This document shows, one piece after another, positions 58,882 to 64,000 of a stretch of 64,000 bases of DNA. The notes under the pieces were generated by a model. It saw only the letters and a program-made list of their open reading frames with translations. It was not told where the DNA came from and did not search any database. The position numbers were made by a program, and so were the translations under genes. Each line of letters starts with the position of its first letter. The stretch's first letter is position 1. This stretch comes from Candidatus Heimdallarchaeota archaeon (GTDB lineage Archaea; Asgardarchaeota; Heimdallarchaeia; Hodarchaeales; Hodarchaeaceae), in contig CP070695.1 of assembly GCA_020353515.1 (NCBI GenBank), forward strand, positions 1,335,637-1,399,636, given 5' to 3'.

Positions 58882-59727
58882 ATGATTGAACGCAAAGTTA
58901 GTTACCAAGGGAATTTTTATAATCCTAAGCAAGAAACAGCTATTGCATTAGGTCTTGCAGCATAGGTAAGCCTAGTCTTTGGTTTGATCTTTTTTATTGG
59001 AAATACTAATCCAACTCCTATTGAGACATGGACTATTGATATAGTCATCAATTATCTTCTTATCTATGGCTCAATTCTTATTTTACCAGTTCTAATTCTA
59101 TTATTTGTTAGAAAACATGGCTTTAAAACCATCAGCGTACAATTGAAGGGACTTGATTCAAATTTAGTAGCTACATCATTTTTAATCCTTTTATACCTCT
59201 TCTTTCCTAGATTTTCTCTTTGTTTATTCGTGCTAACGCCAGCCATTTTAGGTGTCTGGTATTTTAAAGAAAGATTAGTTAATTCCACTAAGACGAGAAG
59301 GATCTTGAATCTTTTTATGAGTTATCAAGTAAAGTCGATAATATTTCTCATCTCAATTTTTGGTATTACTGCTTATTTCATCTTTGGTGGGACTATTGAC
59401 ACTGGTGAAACAGCCCTAAGTATAAGCGCTTTTATTGGTATTTGTGCAACAATCATTCAAGCTGGATCAGAGGAAGTTGTTTTTCATGGGTATTTTCAAT
59501 TTAGAGCCATTGATTGGTTAAATGAGAAAAAAGGGATTCTATTAACATCAGCAATTTTCTCTGTCATTCATTTTCCAATGTTACTTGCTGTTGGCATGGA
59601 CATTCCAAGTATATTGTTTTTCTTTGTAATGGTGTTCATTACAGATATTCCTGTTGGATACTTAACTCATAAAACACATAATCTGACTGGTGCAATTCTT
59701 TTACATACTGTGGCAAACGTTTTTTAG
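58882..59727 (+). pseudogene. CPBP/CAAX (Rce1-like) intramembrane protease with in-frame TAG at 58963-58965
   Basis: EEVVFHG, FSVIH, HTVAN motifs; ATG 58882 is in frame and the TAG interrupts a hydrophobic segment; downstream ORF 58984-59727 intact. Confidence 0.6.
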
Positions 59728-59967
59728 ATTCATTTTACTGTGAAAATTGTCGACATCCCAGATGGTAAATCAGACGTTGGTACCAGATGGTTGCTACCAT
59801 AAAAACGATTTTTATTCTTAATGGAATTATTTCGACATTTTCTGTATTTTGAAACTCATTCATCATTTATTCAAAACTTCCACAATTGAATCTAGAGGGA
59901 AAGTGGGTTCATTTTCCATTGGATATTCAATAAAACCTCTCAGACTGGGACGGTTTCCACATTAAAT

Positions 59968-60369
59968 TCAGCTTAGTATTTTATCATCATCGAGGTTTTG
60001 ATCCCAGCTACTATAAAGCAATTCTCGGAGGGAATGATAACGATCTATATGCTTTTTAATATTTAAAAGTTTTTTCGCTTTTTTCAAAGAACCACTGATA
60101 TTTTCTGAAAAGATAAGAAGAGGAACATTGTATCTCGAGTGAATAAAACAGATAGCAGCCCTAACACGGTAAACATAATTGTGTGCAGCTCTGAAAATTC
60201 CTCCCTGATTGCTTTGGTCAAAATAGGAGAGAAATAACCCAACTTCAGCAGCACCTTGTATTCCAAAAAGTCGCTTAACTTCAGAGGAAATCGTAAACCA
60301 AGCATCTTTTTCTTGGAGTTTTATAGGACTAATGAATCGAATATTGATATATCGAATACGTTCATCCAT
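59968..60369 (-). CDS. rnp2: RNase P protein Pop5/Rpp14
   Basis: RIRYI, LFGIQG, ISGSLKKAK; in L15e-Rpp30-Pop5 cluster. Confidence 0.88.
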   Translation of the reverse strand: MDERIRYINIRFISPIKLQEKDAWFTISSEVKRLFGIQGAAEVGLFLSYFDQSNQGGIFRAAHNYVYRVRAAICFIHSRYNVPLLIFSENISGSLKKAKKLLNIKKHIDRYHSLRELLYSSWDQNLDDDKILS

Positions 60370-60374
60370 TTGTT

Positions 60375-61130
60375 TTATTCCTCCTCGTCAAATCTATTCA
60401 ATTCGGATGTAAGTCTTGAAGAAATCCTAAATACACCTGGAGCGATATAATCAGGACTAGTTTTTAGTAAATTTCTTTCAAGAAGAAGTCTGGGAATAGT
60501 ACTAATAGAATTAAGAGATAATATTGAATTCTTTAATAGCATTTCACCCAACGATGCAAGTTCTCGCGGAGATCGCATTTGATCTGGTCTCGTACTTCCA
60601 GATGAGAAGAGAATCGGAACATTCTTACGAATGGCAATTTTCACTGCGGAACGAATCTGTCTTAAAGCAGGTATCTGTTGTCGTTCAGGAAGAGAGTATA
60701 ATTCACAGAGTTGAATCTCTAAACATTTTTCAAATTTAACCATAAGCTTTGCAATGGATCGGGTCATCAGTTTTCCAGTCTGGAATACTGGGAATTTTAA
60801 AATATCAACACGGTTATCCTGTGCCGCCCATGCAGTAAGATCAGGGCTTAAACATGTTACTGCAATTATCGGGATTTCTCGTCTTTTGTGGCTAAGTAAT
60901 GAAGTCATTTGTGTTTTAGATTCGTTGTTTAATCCAATATCCAACCGTTCGTGGATATTTATTAGAGAAGCAAAGGTAGATTGGGTCATTTGTACCTTTT
61001 TTTCTTTTGTTGGGTTGCTAATCCATATTTCTGTGAAACCCAGCTGGAAAGCAGTGCGGAGAAATGTCGAAAATTGGGATTCTTGGCTAGGAAGAAGCGA
61101 ATCCACGAAATTCCGAGGCATTATCTTCAC
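60375..61130 (-). CDS. rnp3: RNase P protein Rpp30
   Basis: AFQLGF, RVDIL, ILFSSG...MRSPREL. Confidence 0.88.
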   Translation of the reverse strand: MKIMPRNFVDSLLPSQESQFSTFLRTAFQLGFTEIWISNPTKEKKVQMTQSTFASLINIHERLDIGLNNESKTQMTSLLSHKRREIPIIAVTCLSPDLTAWAAQDNRVDILKFPVFQTGKLMTRSIAKLMVKFEKCLEIQLCELYSLPERQQIPALRQIRSAVKIAIRKNVPILFSSGSTRPDQMRSPRELASLGEMLLKNSILSLNSISTIPRLLLERNLLKTSPDYIAPGVFRISSRLTSELNRFDEEE

Positions 61131-61236
61131 TTCTAGAAATTTCTACAGCACTTTTTGCTTTCTACTTTAAAATGTAATTTGTCGTTTACTGAAAGGAGGG
61201 GAAATGTTTTCAAAGGAAAAAAGTAGGAAAAATTGA

Positions 61237-61803
61237 TCAACGATCATATGAAGGCCTGATGTGTTCTGCTCCCTTTCCTCGTCGGCGTAATCCCCGACTT
61301 TTCTGACCAGCTGAAGTTTTTCCACGAGTTACTCGAGCACGATTACTTCTATTACAAATCCAATTGATTTTCGGATCTGTTATGATTTCTGGGGCATGAG
61401 GATCAACTAAGATCACTTCAAACCATCGATGTCGTCCATCATTTAATACAGGGTAGCTATTCAACACCTCAAGATTTGGAAAACGACGCCAACACCGTTC
61501 TTCTGCAATCCATTGTCTAGATTTCTTGGGAGTGATACGCTTAACGCCCATTCGTTTTGAACGTCTTCCACTTTTGGGCCGTGATTTCCTACGTCCCCCT
61601 CGGGGAACACGAACTCTCGCCACAATATAACCCTTTTTACGACGATATCCGAGCGAACGAGCTCTGTCAATCCTTGTGGGGTTTTCAATTCGAATGATAG
61701 CTGGTTCTCGCCTCCATCTAACCAAACGTGAGATACGCAACTGTTTAAAATCTTGATTTCTTTCTTTCCAGAATTTAGACATATATTTATAAGCACTCGT
61801 CAA
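61237..61803 (-). CDS. rpl15e: 50S ribosomal protein L15e
   Basis: SAYKY, PTRIDRARSLGY, LEVLNSY, FEVILVDP, RGKTSAG; TTG start after GGAGG. Confidence 0.97.
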   Translation of the reverse strand: MTSAYKYMSKFWKERNQDFKQLRISRLVRWRREPAIIRIENPTRIDRARSLGYRRKKGYIVARVRVPRGGRRKSRPKSGRRSKRMGVKRITPKKSRQWIAEERCWRRFPNLEVLNSYPVLNDGRHRWFEVILVDPHAPEIITDPKINWICNRSNRARVTRGKTSAGQKSRGLRRRGKGAEHIRPSYDR

Positions 61804-61980
61804 GATTACCTCCTTTAGGTTCTGCGGATATGAGTTTATCACTCACTCAGCAACATTCCAGCACGGAGATACTTGAGGAAGATGTTTTCAACTAGGTATA
61901 AAATGATTGTCAAAAGCTGTTTAATTCCTATTCTTGAAAAAAAAGATAAAGGAAACGTGTACAATCCTTTTGATTCGTGA

Positions 61981-62931
61981 TTAATTCCTAAAATAGGATT
62001 TTTCCACGATGAAATCAGGCGTGTGACCTTTTAAAGCCTTTTTAATCTGGTCAACAATAACGTGCCCAACTCGTTTTTGGGCTTCAGTAGTAGAGGCTCC
62101 AATGTGAGGGGAAACATAGATATTTTCAAGCTCAAACAGCTTGTTATTTCGTACAGGTTCGTCAGTAAACACATCGAGTGCTGCTCCTGCGATTTTGTTA
62201 TCCTTTAGGGCAACATAAAGGGCGTTTTCATCAACAATACCTCCTCGAGCACAGTTAATCAGGTAAGCTGTAGATTTCATGAGTTCCAATTCTCGTCGAC
62301 TAATCAAACCTTGAGTCTCTGCTTTTAATTTAGTATGAATTGTGACAAAATCCGATACTTGAAGTAGATAATCGAGATCATCAGTTCTTTCGACTCCCAT
62401 TCTTTCTGTGACTTCAGAAGGAGTGTTTGGGGAGTAAATCAGACATTTCATACCAAATACTTTTGCTCTTGTGATTACTTCAGAACCAATTTTACCACAT
62501 CCAATGCATCCAAGAATTTTGTCATGTAATTCTGTCCGCCTTAACCATTTTTTCGGATTCATATTGGACTTGGTTTCATTTGTTACATTGACTAGACGAC
62601 AACTAAGTGCAAGCATGTATGTTAACGTTAGTTCTGCAACCGAAATTACAGAAGATCGTGGCGCGTTCACAACTAAGATGCCTCGTTCTGTAGCTGCTTG
62701 GACATCAATGTTATCGACACCAATTCCTGCACGGCCAATTACTTTTAACTGGGTTCCTTTCTCGATGACCTCCCGAGGCAGCTTTGTGGCACTACGGACA
62801 ATAACCGCATGGTATTTCCCTATTTCTGTTAACAATTCCGCGGGGGAGTAGTGCTGGTTCGTTACCTCAAACTCTTTTTGTAATTCTGCTAAAGCAGCAG
62901 GGTCTAATGGATCATTTACTAAAACTTTCAA
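61981..62931 (-). CDS. D-isomer 2-hydroxyacid dehydrogenase (SerA-like, no ACT domain)
   Basis: VRSATK, RAGIGVDNID, GCGKIG, INCARGG, ALDVF..EP, PHIGAST.EAQ. Confidence 0.92.
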   Translation of the reverse strand: MKVLVNDPLDPAALAELQKEFEVTNQHYSPAELLTEIGKYHAVIVRSATKLPREVIEKGTQLKVIGRAGIGVDNIDVQAATERGILVVNAPRSSVISVAELTLTYMLALSCRLVNVTNETKSNMNPKKWLRRTELHDKILGCIGCGKIGSEVITRAKVFGMKCLIYSPNTPSEVTERMGVERTDDLDYLLQVSDFVTIHTKLKAETQGLISRRELELMKSTAYLINCARGGIVDENALYVALKDNKIAGAALDVFTDEPVRNNKLFELENIYVSPHIGASTTEAQKRVGHVIVDQIKKALKGHTPDFIVEKSYFRN

Positions 62932-63152
62932 GTTTTGTTCAGAATCAAAAATTGTAGTTCACCTCAATCTCTAATAATAATACTGTTCTAGCTCGCTTGA
63001 ACTAGAAATCTCACGCAATTAATCTGGAGGTGAAATCGTTATTAAGAACAGATTATCCTACGAATTCTCGAAATAGTTTTTGAGAACAAAAAGTTCAAAA
63101 AATAATAGAGGTTAATTAGTTTGCTGAATCAACAGATAATGACCAATTAGGT

Positions 63153-64000
63153 TTAAACGAACTTCTCTTTTTCTTTAGCGCGTCGTATTGAAAGTTCTAA
63201 CGCGCTTTTCAAGATTTTTAAAAAGGAAATTCCTTTAGCTGTAATTATGTAGTGTCGATACCGCCCATCATGAAGAACTTGTGGGGTTACATGGAAATCA
63301 AGGTAGTTAAGTTTTATCAGTTTTTTTAATTCATCAGAGAGAGTTGAGGTAGGGATATCTAGGGCTCGAGCCAGCGTAGTAAGGTTTGTATCCTCTGAAT
63401 ACTGGAAGGCGATTTCTATCAATGTTAGGATAGTTCTTCCTTTTAATTTTGTTTTTAATTCTCTACGATAATCATCTGGAAACCATGTAACCAAACTTGT
63501 GGGCATCGTTGGCTCTTCTAAAAGTGAAGTTACGACTGTTTCAGACATAATCGCGGTTTGTATGCTTTCCAGCCCAATAATCAGCTTATGATATATTGGT
63601 TTTAGAAATTCAATTTTATCTGATTGGAAAAATTCGATGAAACTTGGAGTTCTAAACTTTGTATTAATAAGGTAGTATCCTGCAGCTATGGCGCACAAAG
63701 AAAATATAAAAGCAAATATTATTTGAGTTGGAAAAAAATTTGGATCTTCTACCTTATTTTCAGTATTAACAATACTAAACATTCCATCGGAGATGTCTTC
63801 AGTTGTTAAAATTCCATAACAACTAGCAATGATTTTGAGTAGGCAAGTAGATTCATTAATTACATTACTACTTGTATTCCACATGAAATTGTTTTCAATA
63901 AGGTTAAAAGCTATTTGATTCCATAAATTACCACCATCAAATGAATAATACACTGAATAAGTAATTGAATGGTTGAATGAATCGAAAGACTGTAACCATT
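63153..64000 (-). CDS. Membrane-anchored protein: extracellular Ig/FN3-like domain, one TM, cytoplasmic winged-helix (5'-truncated)
   Basis: Frame open to window end; ITYSVYYSFDGG..W beta-rich domain; TM IIFAFIFSLCAIAAGYYL; wHTH NLTTLARALDIPTSTLS...YIITAKG. Confidence 0.8.
   Translation of the reverse strand, partial: WLQSFDSFNHSITYSVYYSFDGGNLWNQIAFNLIENNFMWNTSSNVINESTCLLKIIASCYGILTTEDISDGMFSIVNTENKVEDPNFFPTQIIFAFIFSLCAIAAGYYLINTKFRTPSFIEFFQSDKIEFLKPIYHKLIIGLESIQTAIMSETVVTSLLEEPTMPTSLVTWFPDDYRRELKTKLKGRTILTLIEIAFQYSEDTNLTTLARALDIPTSTLSDELKKLIKLNYLDFHVTPQVLHDGRYRHYIITAKGISFLKILKSALELSIRRAKEKEKFV

Noticed and set aside
1-64000. CRISPR arrays, transposases, integrases, prophage or defence islands
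   Set aside because: No repeat-spacer arrays or mobile-element genes recognised, including next to either tRNA

Overview
Gene-dense, AT-rich archaeal chromosomal segment. It is almost certainly from an Asgard archaeon; Heimdallarchaeia/Hodarchaeales-like is my inference from gene content. Housekeeping content: Nop5, fibrillarin, TFS, Lsm, Rpo8, KEOPS subunits, Rpo7/Spt4, several r-proteins, PolB, NMD3, aIF2 alpha/beta, GINS, ThrRS, RNase P proteins, and two tRNAs (one with two introns). Interleaved are many eukaryotic-signature genes: TRAP-beta-like, Get3, a polyproline protein, Roadblock/MglA, Arf-like GTPases and CCDC47-like. The most striking part is ~42-52.7 kb, a complete ubiquitin-like conjugation locus. 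It has a GG-ending modifier resembling UFM1, E1, E2, a JAMM protease, a Zn-ribbon/UBC-like protein and a winged-helix-repeat plus RING-like E3 candidate reminiscent of UFL1. It is flanked by an ESCRT-II (EAP30)-like/SPFH gene pair and a CCDC47-like gene, and contains two unannotated, highly base-paired intergenic segments that look like structured RNAs. All family calls come from motif recognition by eye; no searches were run.
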